Shown here one piece after another: positions 25,146 through 38,647 of a DNA stretch of 64,000 nucleotides. Where the stretch lies: positions 51,614,912 through 51,678,911 of the forward strand of contig JARDVH010000106.1 in assembly GCA_030324005.1 (NCBI GenBank). The letters run 5' to 3'. Source of the stretch: Negaprion brevirostris. Lineage: Eukaryota. The notes under the pieces were generated by a model. That model made no database searches. It was given only the letters and a program-made list of their open reading frames with translations, and was not told the DNA's origin. The position numbers and the translations under genes were made by a program. Each line of letters starts with the position of its first letter. The stretch's first letter is position 1.

Positions 25146-26667
25146 CTACACAACAAGAAAACAATCACACTTTCACAATGATTTTTTTTAAACGGTTGAT
25201 TAACTGTGTAAAGTGTCAAACCAACCATAACAAGTTCTTTTCATTCGCAATTGGATAATCATCTGAGTTCAAATGAAAGCTCCATTCAACTTAATCCCAC
25301 CACCATCTTTCATATTCGCGTCATGACCTTGGCAAAAAGTTTTTGTTTCAATTTGTTTACTTATTATCGATTTTTTAAACAGACACTTCAAAAACATCTG
25401 GAAAGTGGGCAATTACTCAGCTGCATGTTGCAGCAGTCACAAACAGTTCAATTCACCAAAGTAAAATCAGTTTCTGCACAAAGCAAAGAAATATTTTGCT
25501 ACTCAACAGCTTTTACTTCTGACAGGGGGAAGAATGGCTTTACCATCCATCAATGGGTTATGACTCACTGCCATTACATCTGTAGAAGTCACACAAAAAG
25601 ACAACCTTTTACTAAATATGCTCTGCTGCCCAATTATACTTTCTGTATTTCTACTTTTGTCAGCTACAAATATCCACGCAGCAGTTATTCACGTAATCAG
25701 CTTAATTTGCACACATAATGACAGCAGCATTGCTTTAACAAAATACATCCATCATGACTTGTAATTTCCTAGTTGTAAGTAAGCTTTTTCTAAAAAAAAA
25801 CTCTGCAATTTCTCACCAATTACAAAATATATTAAGAGTTTTTGGCTTGAATTTTTTTCACCTCTTTTCCTTTAAGCTTTCCCTCACCATTACCTTATTT
25901 ACCTCTACTTCCTGAAGATAATGAATTGTGCTGTAGTTTATTTCTCCTGTTCTCTGGTACTTCAACTACGCACCAATTATTTATGTATGGGTCTCACAAA
26001 GAGTGTGGGCAGGTCCAACATGGCCCCATCTGACATCGACAATAATGCACTATGATGAGGAATCGTTCTTTGGAATTAGATGCTGGGACCCTTATTTTCC
26101 ATTCCTTCACCCAGAAGAATGATGGTTAACTGTTATTTTCATTACCAACCCAAGTAAGATCAAGCAACTCAGATTAGATCAGAAAACGAACTTTGGGCAG
26201 GATGCATTACAGTTAGGATTAGAATTTTTGACTTTCGTCCACAAATCTAAACAGTTCTTAAGGGTGATGTGTGCTGTGTTTCAAAAGTTGTGATCTCTCC
26301 TTCATATGTGGTCTCCCTTTTGCTTTTTCTATCTCAATTAGGCTCAAGAGATTAATTGTGCTTCAGTTGCTGGAGCATGGAAACTTTGTACTACTTGTTA
26401 ACTTGTATGATTTCTGCAGGCAGCCAATGCTAATTGAGCTGTTGAGTGGTTGTACACTTTAGGAGGGACCCTCAAGTTCATGTGAGATTAGCAACATTTT
26501 TAGCTGCTCTGCAGTTATATGGAAGGTGCATTCTGGCTGGAGTTGGTGTTGCAACTGCACAAGAGAGTGTGAGTACAGCGTGATGAGAAAGAAAGTTGCA
26601 TAAGACCCTTTGGTGGGGGAGGTGGAGAGGAGAGAAGTGATCTAGCCACAGAAGGGAAGGAGCCCGA

Positions 26668-26800
26668 TCTCCCAAAAGGGTCGTCCAGACTCGAAATGTT
26701 AACTCTATTCTCTCTCCACAGATGCTATCAGACCTGTTGAAATTTTCCAGCATTTTTCATTTTTATTTCAGATTCCAGTGCATCAGTAATTTGCTTTTAT
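26668..26800 (+). mobile_element. Penelope-like family B terminal fragment
   Basis: gggtcgtccagactcgaaatgttaactctattctctctccacagatgct. Confidence 0.65.
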
Positions 26801-27759
26801 TAAACATACGAGGAATATGGACATTAAATGTCATGTATAAATTCGGTCTCACATGTTTATTTTGCATTGACTTTTATTTTTGCATTGTGTTCAGACGATG
26901 TGTCGTTCAGTGGCAGGGAGAAGGTAAGGTGCGGCACTGTAGTGAAATGGGAACAGCTGAAGGAACACACTGTTTGATTTGATCAGGCAATCTCTGGGAC
27001 ATGTGGCCCTTGTATTTGGCATTGCACTGGCATTGAAATTCATACACTACTATCTATGACAAGCTTACGTTCACCACTCAACATACACATTGGGATTCAT
27101 GAATATGTTGTTGCTTCCATGGTTCATAATAGGAAGTGTGCAAACCAAATTCAACCAGCTTTTGCTTGCAGAGCCAAAATAGAACATTTACTATCAGATG
27201 TGATTCAGTGAGGGGGCAGCACTGGAAGGACAACCCTGATGCATGAATAGCTATACTAACAATCATTTTAAGACAATCAGTCAAGCTTATAACATGGATC
27301 ACACATTCATATGCAGCTGCTGCTTCTCTGCAAACTAAATGAATACGTTCAAGCTTGCACCTTTTTCAGAATTATCTGGGAGAACGGGAAGCCTATAGTT
27401 GCATGTTGCTTCCTCCATAGCAATGCCACGCCCAGAGTCGACTAGTCAAGCAATCAGCAGCCTTTTCACCTACTGTCTAAATTGTCGCGATCATTTGAAA
27501 GTTAGCAATCTTTTGTCCTGATTAGCATTTGCCCCCATGAGTAAAAACTTTGGCAACATGTCTCTCTCGTTTCAGCAACAACCTGAAAGTTTTTGATGAT
27601 CTCTTTAAAAAGCACTCATGGGGAGGTTTTTCCCCCACTGCTGAATGCATGTTGAAGAGATAGTATTAGCTGGAGTGTTTATTTTCAAAGTGGCAATGCT
27701 GGTGTCAAATCAACTGTATGCTGTTTGGCATCACAACCCACCCAAGGCCTGATGGATTT

Positions 27760-28275
27760 AGAGTCATAGAGACATAGAGGTTTACAGCATAGAAACAGGC
27801 GCTTCAGCCCAACTTGTCCATGCCTCCCCCTTTCTTAAGCAACTAAGCTAGTCCCAATTGCTTGCATTTGGCCTAAAACCGCTATAGCCATCCTATCCAC
27901 GTAACTGTCTAAATGCTTTTTAAAAGACAAAATTGTACCCACCTCTACTACTATCTCTGGCAGCTTATTCCAGACACTCACCATCTTCTGTGTGGAAAGA
28001 AATGCCCTCTGACTCTTTTGTATCTCTCCCCTCTCACTTTACACCTAGCCGTCTAGTTTTAGACTCTCCTACTTTTGCGAAAAGATATTAACTATCTAGC
28101 AGATCTATGCCCCTCATTATTTTATAAGCCTCTATAAGGCCATCTCTAAACCTCCTACGCTCCAGAGAAAAACATCCCAGTCTATCCAGCCTCTCCTTCT
28201 AACTCAAACCATCAAGTCCCAGTAGCATCCTATTAAATCTTTTCTGCACTCTTTTTAGTTTAATAGTATCCTTCA
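27760..28275 (-). mobile_element. CR1 LINE 3' end, same subfamily as 16590-17270
   Basis: Colinear and highly similar to 16590-17100. Confidence 0.92.
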
Positions 28276-29835
28276 TCCTAGGATCTTAAATAAACATGGT
28301 TGGTCAGATATCAACATATTGATTTTGCTTTTCAGAATTCCTTAGATCTTGGAATACTCCCATCAGATTGGAATAAAGCAAATTTGATCAAGAAAGGAGA
28401 CAGATCGACAGATAGGTCAGTTAGTCTAATATGTCTCAGAACAAACGCTGGAATCTGTTATGAAGGGAATATAGTGGGAAACTTCAAAAATTGTAACCTA
28501 ATCAGGCAGAGTCAACATGCTTTTGTTAAAAGTAAATTGTGTTTGACTAACGTATTAGAGTTATTTGAGTAATCTGTACATATGACATACTTAAGATTTC
28601 CAGAAGACATTTGACAAGGTGTTACATCAAAGGTTATTACACAAAATAAGAGCTCATGGTGCCAGGGGTAATATATTAACATGCATAGAGAATTGGCTAG
28701 CGAACAGAAAACCAAGAGTCAGAATAAATAGGTAATTTCCTGGTTTACAAGATGTAACATGTGGAGTGTCACATTGATCAGTGCTGGAGTCTCTGCAATT
28801 TGCAAGCTATATCAACGACTTGGATGAAGGGACTGAATTTATAATGGCTAAATTTACTGATGAAACAAAGATAGGTAGAGGGGTAGGTTGTAAAGCGGAC
28901 ATCAGGAGTCTGCAGAGAGATNNNNNNNNNNNNNNNNNNNNNNNNNNNNNNNNNNNNNNNNNNNNNNNNNNNNNNNNNNNNNNNNNNNNNNNNNNNNNNN
29001 NNNNNNNNNNNNNNNNNNNNNGTTAAGCAAGTGGGCAAAAATCTGGCAGGTAGAGTATAATGTGGAAAAGTATGAACTTGTCCACTTAGACAGGAAGTAT
29101 ACAAAAGCAGGATATTATCAAAAGAGTGAGAGTTTGCAGATCTTGGTGATGCAGAGGATTCGAGCTACCTTGGTACATGAATCTCAAAGTTAGCATGCAG
29201 GTACTGCAAACAATTAGGAAAAACAAAGGGAATATTCTTTATTTTTGGGAGACTGGCAGGGATGGTTTGCTACTATTCTGCAAGGCATTGGAGAGACCAC
29301 ATCCATAGTACTGTATACAGTTTTGGTCACCTCTTTGAAGAAAGGACATAATTGTAGTGGAAGTAGATGATAAGGTTTAATAGCCTGATTTCAGGGATGA
29401 TAGAGTTATCTTTTGAAGAAAGGTTGGACAGGTTAGGCCTGTATCTGATGGAGATTGAAGGAATGCATGGTAATCATATTGAAACATAAAAGATTTTGAG
29501 GGACTTGACAGAGTGGATGCAGAGAGGATGTTTCCCATTGTGGGATGGACTACAAGTAGCAAACAGTTTGAAATAAGGGTTCCTCCATTTAAGACGGAAA
29601 TGAGGAGAAGTTCTCTCTCTCAGAAAGTTATTGAGAGTTTTGAACTCTCTTCCCAAGGAACAAGATCATTGAATATTTTTAAGACAATGGTAGATATTTT
29701 CGTGATTAACAAGAAAGCCAAAGAGTATTTTAAGTAGGCAGGAAAAAGACGCTAAAACCACAATCAGATCGATCATATGATTTAATTGAATGGAGGAGCA
29801 GACTNNNNNNNGCAAATGGCCTACTCTTATTCTGA
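28276..29835 (+). mobile_element. CR1 LINE decayed RT region plus 3' UTR
   Basis: IRQSQHAFVKSKLCLTNVLELFE and YINDLDEGTE...KFTDET. Confidence 0.92.
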
Positions 29836-30759
29836 ACAATATGCTTACAAGTAGTGAGCATACTTTTGGTGGGTGCTTCTTGCACATACATAGCAATGCC
29901 CCCAAAATGGTATCTGGTGCAGCCCCTGCTGGAAGGGAATGAATGTGCCATGCATACCATTTTGCAACCAACTAGCTAACTACTTTGTAAATAACTAGCT
30001 GAATTTTGCATTTACAGTATCTAGCCCTTAAAAATAACAATGACACTAGGGGTATAATACAATGAAGTAAACAGGTGTCAAGAACAAGTACACTCTTCAT
30101 AAAGAAAATGTCACAAATATTAAATATCTGCTTTAAATTTGTTTCATGAATTCTGCACGACAGGCATTACACAATCTGAAGTGCTGAACAAAGATAATAT
30201 AAATTGTAAAGCTCTCCAAGGAAAGAGCACAGCTAATGAGTAATCATGAAACAAACAGACTGTTCCATTAGCTTGGATCGTGATCTTGTTTGTGAGAATC
30301 AAACACCTAAAACTTCAGAAAATTCTAACTTTACTTTCATGCTTCCATAAATATCCCTGCAGTTGTGCTCCCAAACTGATCCTACTTAAGTTTCACATGC
30401 AAATTTCAATGAATTTGTGTCATATGAGTGAAGACTTGTGCTCACTGATGCTCTGCAGACCTGACCTCTGCTGTAATTTGCAGGGTCAATTCATTCAAAT
30501 TTTCATCGGCAACTCTCAGGCACAAATCTCATGTAAAACAGAAATGAGGTGCTGGTGGTGTTTGTAAATTAGAATGTAACCTTTAAAAAAACCCATCAGC
30601 CTGAACATTGCAGCCGCAGGCTGAGAGAACAGGAGTAAGCGGGGAAGTGATTGGTTTTAGTCAATCAGGTAGCTGCAATGGATGCTTTAAGTAGGACTTT
30701 GTTCCACCGAACAAACAGGCACTGAGACTGAAAGAAGAGATGTAAGCATTGCAAACAGA

Positions 30760-30858
30760 ATGAAAGGAAGACACAATTTCACTGAGACTGACCTGCAAAC
30801 CTTGCTCAAGGAAATTCAACAGAGAGAGAGAGAGATAGTAAAGTGCCAATGGAAGTAA
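30760..30858 (+). pseudogene. Relic of a Myb/SANT-like ORF, possibly from a PIF/Harbinger transposon
   Basis: Translates MKGRHNFTETDLQTLLKEIQQREREIVKCQWK*, resembling the R-x-NF[ST]xxE/D-L-xxLL-xE start of Harbinger ORF1/NAIF1-type domains. Confidence 0.45.
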
Positions 30859-31014
30859 AGTCTCAAAATACATTTGACTGTTACAAAGATGGACTTACAA
30901 TGAACATATCGTGCCTAAGTACAGGGCCGAAGCAATAAGGAGGGCCCCATGCGAGCCGGTGGCTGTCTGGGCACCAATCAGAGCCTGTATGCTCTGAATT
31001 TGCTGATAGGCTCA

Positions 31015-31720
31015 AGAAATTTGATTTATTGTCACATGTATTGGGTTACAGTGAAAAGTGTTGTTCATAGAGTACATAGGGGGGCAGGAAAGGATATGGA
31101 GCAAAATATAATGTTTCACTTACAGGTAGGGTGAAGAGAAAGATCATCTTAATATATGACAGGACTAGTCAAAAGTCTGATGCCTACAGGGAAAAAATTG
31201 TGTGTTGGTAAGTGTTTTCAGACTTTTGTATCTTTATCATGGCAGGAGAAGGTGGAAGAGCGTATACCCAGGGTGCATGGGGTCCTTGATTCTGCTGGCT
31301 GCTTTCCCAAGGCAACGAGAAGTGCAGTCAATGGATGGGAGGCTGGTTTGTGCAATGGACACGGCTACGTTCACAGGCCTTTGTAGTTTCCTGCAGTCTT
31401 GGTCAGAGCAGGAGCGATACCAAGCTGTGATACATCAGGATATTTTCTATGGTGCATCTGTAGAAATTGGTGAAAGTCATAACGGACATGCAGAATTTCC
31501 TTAGCCTTCGGAGAAAGTAGAGGCATTGGTAGGCTTTCTTAACTACAGCGTCAGCATGGAGGGCCCAAGCAGGTTGTTGGTGATCTGAACACCTAGAAAC
31601 TTGAAACTCTCAAGCATCTCCCCTTCATCACCATTGATGTAGACAGGGGTGTGTTTCCTTAAGCTGATGACTAACTCTTTCGTTTTTACTGACATTGGAG
31701 GGAGAGATTAGTGTTGTTGN
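31015..31720 (-). mobile_element. Rex1/Babar LINE 3' fragment
   Basis: Colinear with 13770-14470. Confidence 0.9.
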
Positions 31721-32594
31721 NNNNNNNNNNNNNNNNNNNNNNNNNNNNNNNNNNNNNNNNNNNNNNNNNNNNNNNNNNNNNNNNNNNNNNNNNNNNNNNN
31801 NNNNNNNNNNNNNNNNNNNGACACCATATTTATGGTCAGTCCACATAATTTCATTGTGTGAATTCCAATGCAGCAGGCATGGAATTTGTACTGATTCTCA
31901 GCATTTAAGTCGCACTGTGAAAGCTAATTGCATGGTCCAAGAAAGCAAGCCCATCAGCTTAACTTTAACAAGAGCAGGCTGTCTCCATTCTTTAAAGGCT
32001 GGTTTTGCTTTTAAACTACACTAAGTAGATCCCACAGTAGCGCATTCAAGGATGAATACCCGGATCTTGGACCTCTCCCAGATACCACAAAGCTTCCTCC
32101 TCCACTAACACAAGATTCTAAGGAACTGGAATCTGGATTCAAACGCTCTGGTTCTTTCCAGCCAAACAACTTATGTGTTCACTTTAAAAAGAGGACACCC
32201 TTTTCCAAAATGGCCACTGCTGCAATAGGATCATCCACAATAATCCGGGAAAAGGTTTTCTGTGCTTGCTTGCTGCACACAAGTTCTCACCTTCGATAGC
32301 AAACCAACCTTTTAAAAAAAAACTAATCCTTTACCAGATTATCCATCGTCCAAGCTGCTGCTCCTAAGCATCTGGTTGGTGCATCAGAGTTTTACTGGAC
32401 ATTAAGCTATGAGTTAAAGTAATAAGAGGGGAAGTTGGGCTAAGTGTAAAAGACAAGTAATTCACATACTTTGACAATGGAACAGGGTGATCGCCCCAAG
32501 ACAAGGCTTGCACAGGAAGAGGAAAGAACAAACTTGTATTGATACTTTCCAATACCATTTTCCTTAACTATTCCCAAATATGTAACATCGCCTT

Positions 32595-32930
32595 GGGGAA
32601 GCAATAGCCTAGTGGTATTATCACTAGACTATTAATCCAGAAACTCAGCCAAAGTTCTGAGGACTCGGGTTCGAATCCTGTCACGGCAGAGGGTGGAATT
32701 TGAATTTAATAAAAAATAGTCTGGAATTAAGAATCTACCGATGACCATGAAACCATTGTCAATTGTCAGAAAAAAAAAAATTGGTTCACTAATGTCCATT
32801 AGGGAAGAGAATCTGTCATCCTTACCTGGACTGGCTTACATGTAACTCCAGATCCACAGCAATGTGGTTGACCGTCAGGCAAACTAGGGATGGGCAATAA
32901 ATGTGATGCTCATGTACCATGAATTAAAAA
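32595..32930 (+). mobile_element. tRNA-derived SINE (non-V family)
   Basis: A box tagcctagtgg, B box gggttcgaatcc, tail ggcaaactagggatgggcaataaatg; eroded copies near 41210-41560 (+) and 60620-61000 (-). Confidence 0.85.
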
Positions 32931-34644
32931 CCTCACAAATGAACCTATTAGCAGGCATTGCAGAGCAACATCAGTCTCCGACTGGTTTAGTGTTCTTAGG
33001 GCACAGGACTCAATTGTAGTCATGTTGTACTCAATCCCCAATTAAAATCCTTGGGCTTGGACCATGGGATGCACTGACAGTTGTGGATGTTTCTTCCCAG
33101 CGAGATTCTGAAAGGGCAATTCCAGCAAAACAGGTGACACTAAGGTGTGAACAATGTTTCTAATGCTATCCCTGGTTTCCATGCCGCTGTCCAGCCTGTC
33201 CCAGGTGGCTCTGGTCAGCTCCCAGTCTCTCCTGTGCTAGCCTCCCATCTTCCTGGGTTACTGAGCCGAGATGGCCAAGAATGTACAGCTTCAGCCCAGC
33301 CTCAACTCCCAGTCCAGCATGGCTGAGCAGGATGACAAAAGCCTCAATAATTTCTCGTCAAAAGAGACAAGAAGAAGAAAAAAGTCAAAACCAAAGTGGC
33401 CATGATGGCGAAGAGCGAGTGTCAGGATCCCCAACAGGAAAGGGTTGGGGAGGATAAAGATTGGAAAGAGTTGGACTTGAACAAAAGAAAGTTGACTTGG
33501 GGCAGTTGATCTAACAGGGAGTCAGGGCTGAGTTGAAACCAAACATTCACAGCCGTCCCGGCCTGATGACTCAAAGATACAAGGTGGCATAGAAGGGACC
33601 AGGAGCTGGCCAGAGCTGCCTGGAATTTGATTACAGTGGCTTGGGAATCCATGCCTTACAAAACAGTGATGAAAGACAGGAAGACAGTGATGAGAAGAAC
33701 AAAGAAGATCAGGGTGAAGATGGTGGAGAATATCTTGTGTAGAGAATGAAACAAGACAGTCAGGGTCTGGAGCAAGACATCTCCACTAGTACCTGTCATT
33801 GTGGTTGCATAAGCCCCAGAATCAAAGGCAGCGGGCATTTATCAACCTCCTGTAGCCTGAATTTCCACGTTAAAAAATTAGCTGCATGGGGATCCAGTAA
33901 CAGATCACAAGTTGAAATTGCTAATCCAAACACATCATTTTTGGGATGGAAAGCTGTGGAAATAGTTTCTGAAGCAATTTGCTGACAAATAAAATTTGTC
34001 CTGTTTATTGTGCTTCTTGAAGGATATGGTGTGAAATTCCAGGATATACGTCTAGGCTGATTATTTTAATCCTGATGCTTCCTTCTATGAAAGCGGAGCA
34101 GTGCTTCTATGATATTGCTCATAAATAATGAGATTCAACCAGATGTCCCTATGTTATTATTGAGGGCTGGTGTGTCATTTAAACAAGTAATGCTCAGCAT
34201 TTATATGAACGTTGTACCTCACTGAAATGCCAGTCAGATGAATGCTGCTGCCTCGATCTGTAGTCACTAACCATTTTTCTCTTGTTTCTCCCCTTCTCGC
34301 CTCTCCTGAAACATTAACTCAGTTCTGTTTTCAGCTTCCACAGGTACTCAAGCGCAAGTATGTTACCTTGTGTTATTAAAAGTTAAACCAATATTTTGCA
34401 ATCAAGTATGCAGTACACATTTTTTAAGTTTAAGCGGTGATGTTATTATCTATTAGCAACTCAATGGAGATGTTCCTAACTGAGCCACGGCTTACAATTT
34501 TGATTTCTCATTTTGAAAGAAAAGGAGACTTTGTGTAAAGACACACTGCCATCTGCAGTTTACATTATGCTAGCATTACAAACAGCAACTCAAGTATCAA
34601 CGTGGACCTAAAAGCATGTTTAAGCAAAATACTTCCAATGTCCG

Positions 34645-34895
34645 GAAAAAGGAGGACAAACTCAGAAGAGGAGAGTCAGGCAGAGAAATTATGAAGAGAC
34701 GGAAGGGAGGAGTAAATTGACGGTGAAGAGGAGTAAAAGGGACATGAGGGGGAAGAGGAAGGACGGGAGACATTAGAAAATGTAGAAGTCTTTATGGGGA
34801 AAGTAGATGAAGAGACAAGTACAAATGAGGGGCTGAAAGGAGAGGGGAGAGGCAGAGGATCGAGCGCAAAAGGGAGGGATAGAGATAAGATAGAG
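34645..34895 (+). repeat. Purine-rich low-complexity tract
   Basis: About 250 bp dominated by G/A. Confidence 0.7.
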
Positions 34896-36059
34896 TGTGC
34901 AGCTGGTGGGATCGCGATTCAATCAATGAATTGGTAAACATAGTTTTACAGCATCACTGACAGTCCCAATACCATTAGATTCTGCAAATCACAGTGAAAT
35001 AATAAACAGAGAAAATCAAAGCGAGCTCAATTATTGAAATATTTCTGAGCAGGATATTTTGCATTTAATCATTTGCTTTGGACTCTTTCCAAAAACGACT
35101 AGCTGTTTTCGTTGCCAGTATGTTTTTGTAGATAGCTGCAAAAAGAAATCGCTGAAATCTCCAAACAAGCTGATCTGCATAACCTTTGGGAGTTAGTGTT
35201 GGATGTTACTGTCATCTCTACTTATCAAGCAGTGATGCTGCAGTTGTATACAATCTATTTTCTGCAATCAGGATCAGCATTGAACACTCTTAGGTCAGGT
35301 GGACCAAAGGCTAGACTCAGGAAATCTCCTTTATGATCCCTTCGTAAGGTACTGTAATTTCATATCCTACTGGAGTAATGTGATGCTTCCATCTTTTAAA
35401 AGACTCTGGCAACTTATTGTTGACTTCTGCCAATATGAACAGTGTCATGCTGAAGTTTAACGTCCACTGAGAACTGAGTTGAAATTGGAAAAACTGTCTA
35501 TACGGGACCCTTATAACCAACAGAGAAGGAAAACTTTCACGTCAGCAGCCCAAGTTGAAGTCAAATTCTTCAATGCCCAATGAAATGAGAATGATCTCTT
35601 TCACTATGTTATTTTCCCTTACATATGTTCTTTGCTCTCTCACACAGGTTGATCTATTGCATTAGAGCAACAAAATTTGAAATTTGACATACAATAAAAC
35701 AGCCAATGATATATCAAATGCATTGTGGTATCCTTCTGAACTAATCAGTATCAATGTCAAGCTCTGTTGATCAAGAGTATAATATTACCGTGCATGAAAC
35801 CTCAAACTGACTTGAAGCACCTGTGTCAAGAACATAGTGACAATTTTGCAAAAGGATTTATGATGTTATGCAGTTAATGAACGTTCAGCAGTCAGCAGGG
35901 GAGAATCTACAAGAATTAAAGTTCTAGCTCTGTCAACATTCTTCACAGGTTCCACTTGGTTGAGCTACTTTCATACTGCTGAGGAATTTTAATGGAATTA
36001 TTTTACAAAACAAAAAACAGCATATTTGCCAGCTATATCGAGAAATATATGCTGCAAAA

Positions 36060-36250
36060 AGTTGAAGAAGTAGTGAAGAGCGGGAAGGGGAAAAGGGTAG
36101 TGACACAGTGAAGCGGGTGAAAGGGAGAGGGGAAGGAGGAGAAGGAGGAAGGAAGGGAAAAAAAGTAGGGAATAGGAAAGAGAGTAGGAAAAATAGCACA
36201 AGGAAGGTGAGAGGGCAGGGAATGGAGATGAAGGGGAGGGAAGGCAGTGG
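36060..36250 (+). repeat. Polypurine (G/A) low-complexity tract
   Basis: aagggagaggggaaggaggagaaggaggaaggaagggaaaa...; explains the F/L/S/P-rich ORFs on the minus strand. Confidence 0.85.
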
Positions 36251-36429
36251 GCAGATTCAAAGTCTTGCCGCTCATTTTACTTGCGCCAAGTTCCATACAC
36301 CCATCACTGCTGGATCCACTGACCTATCCTGGCTCCAGACCAGGGCAACTCTTTTGATTTTCAGTTTTCAATTGAAACACTTCAAATCTGGGATTCAGTG
36401 ATCTTCAAACAATGAAACTTTTTTTTTAA

Positions 36430-36720
36430 ACTTGATTGTTTTAAGAGGAGAGAGACAGATTACATTCCCAGTTCTAGAGCTTGGATCCAGATAGTTGATG
36501 GTACAGTCACCAATGGCTCAGTGGAGGGAGTTGGCAACACACAAGGGGCCAGAATCAGAGGAGAACTTGGAGGGTTGTAGGGCGGATGAAAATGACAGAG
36601 ATAAAGGGTGAGGTCAGAGACATCTATCTGAACATAAGGATGAAAATATTAAAATTAAGCTGTTGGTGGACAAGTAGCCAATGCAACTCAGCAGGCACAG
36701 GGGTGATGGGTGAAGTCAGT
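36430..36720 (-). mobile_element. Old L2-type LINE fragment
   Basis: Resembles 51462-51830 (aggatgaaaatattaaaatt...agccaatgcaactcagc). Confidence 0.55.
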
Positions 36721-38375
36721 GCACACTGTCCTGGAGCCTGCGTTTAATCCAGCTTGAACCTATTGGCAATTGTTTATTTCGTCTTCCTGCTTAAAGGATT
36801 CCATGCAAAATACATTTGGACAGTCCCAACATAGTGAACAAGGTTCAGAAAGGCCATAAAATGGCTATTCTAGGAAATACAAAAAAGGATTTTGTTTTGG
36901 GGTTGGGGGCGGGGCAGGGGTATCCCAGCACCTATTATTGAGCTGTGCCTAATATTACACGAGGTTTATTTTATGAAACTCAAATTTGAGCATTGTCCGT
37001 GGTAGGGTTCAAACTCGGGCCCCCAAAGCATTGCCCTAGATTTGTGGATTACCAATTCAGTGACCAATACAATGAGGCCACATGAGGAACCCAAATATTA
37101 CGGGGGGTGGGCGACCATATGTGAATAAATAGTTAAGGGTCAATTTTTGTTTGCAAGTCAATTGACCTCAATATTATGCTGCCCACACCATAACATGGCT
37201 AATATGGGCAAGCAAGTGGGACTGGACAGTCCATACTTTCAAGAAAGATTTTAAAAGGGTGGGAAGGGAGAGGGCTACTGGCCTGTGGGAGAAGCTCTTG
37301 CACACCAGATGCCTTCTCCTGAAGATAGTACCTCCCTCCTTTCTTCCCAGCCTGCACTGCAAAACCCACAGCCACATGATCCTTGCCACCCCTCTCTAAC
37401 GTGCCCAATTCCTCTTTGCTCAATACCCTGACTGCCAACAGCTCCTGAGGGCAGGGCTTCCTTCCAGGAAGAGGTAGAAGTCTCACACTAGCCTTGTTGC
37501 TTGCCCCCCTCAGACCATTATTGCTGAGGAGTGACATTTGTATTGCAGGTTAGTTAGGGGTGAAGTTGTATGCTTCACCCCCAGCCCCTTTAAAATCCAG
37601 CCCAAACAGGGGATATACTTCAAAAGTTGAAATTGAGACTAAGCCAAATGGTGGAACAGAATAAAAGACAGTTTATCGTTTTAAAAACAATTGCTTACAT
37701 CGTCACAGATTGCTAATATTCAATTTGCCCAAAATTCCTCCTCTTGATTGAGGAAGAACGCACAATGGAATCTACTTTAAAAATCATATTTATTGCATTT
37801 TTTCCCTTTTTAAATGTAATATTCTTCTTTCATTTTACTCCATCATTTTTTGATTGAGAATGAATACTCACAAGAGAACAACATCTCTGTTACTATCACT
37901 TTGCAATTTGTAGTTCAAACTGATGAGTGGTGTTTTACTTCCAGAAAGTCTGTCTGCTACCTCCTCATGTGTTCACACCATTACCATAGTAAGCCCCCAG
38001 CTTATGGCATAGTAGTACAAAAATCACCGATTCTCTTGTTGCCTTGGTATTTGGCTTTTCTGACATGACAACATAAACAACATGTAGAGAATAATGTTCT
38101 CACTTCACGCTCAGGGGAGGTGCCTCACTTGGCAGGCACACTCAAGTTTCCAATATGCACCATCAGCAAGTGAAGTTTCCAATCAGCAACGTAAAGTTCA
38201 GAATTTGCCCCTTAGGTCTCACTCCAAAATATGAAAATGTACTTCCAGCATACATAAAGTATATAACAAAAAGTGCATTGTGTTACCATATATTCTGATT
38301 TGTTTATAAATTATGAGGCTACATCAATAACAACAACAAAGGAGGGTATTTTCCCTGCAGTAGCATGAAAAAATA

Positions 38376-38647
38376 TGGGCCAGAATTCTCCCGTCCTGCC
38401 TGCCATGGGAATTGTAGCAGACAAGGGGCANNNNNNNNNNNNNNNNNNNNNNNNNNNNNNNNNNNNNNNNNNNNNNNNNNNNNNNNNNNNNNNNNNNNNN
38501 NNNNNNNNNNNNNNNNNNNNNNNNNNNNNNCTCCCGTCCTGCCTGCCATGGGAATTGTAGCGGACAAGGGGCAGACCATGCATTGGCTCTTGACTTCAGG
38601 TGGGATTCTCTGGTTTTGAGGCCAGTGTGACTGGAGAATCCCACCCA
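38376..38647. mobile_element. MITE, with an internal gap-flank duplication
   Basis: Ends tgggccagaattctcc / ggagaatcccaccca, flanked by TA on both sides. Confidence 0.75.

Noticed and set aside
24760-25191. 143-aa plus-strand ORF (also 41742-41984)
   Set aside because: Antisense shadow of dystrophin exons, with no recognisable protein.
32595-32685. tRNA gene
   Set aside because: The A and B boxes belong to a SINE head; there is no cloverleaf and the sequence continues into a SINE body.
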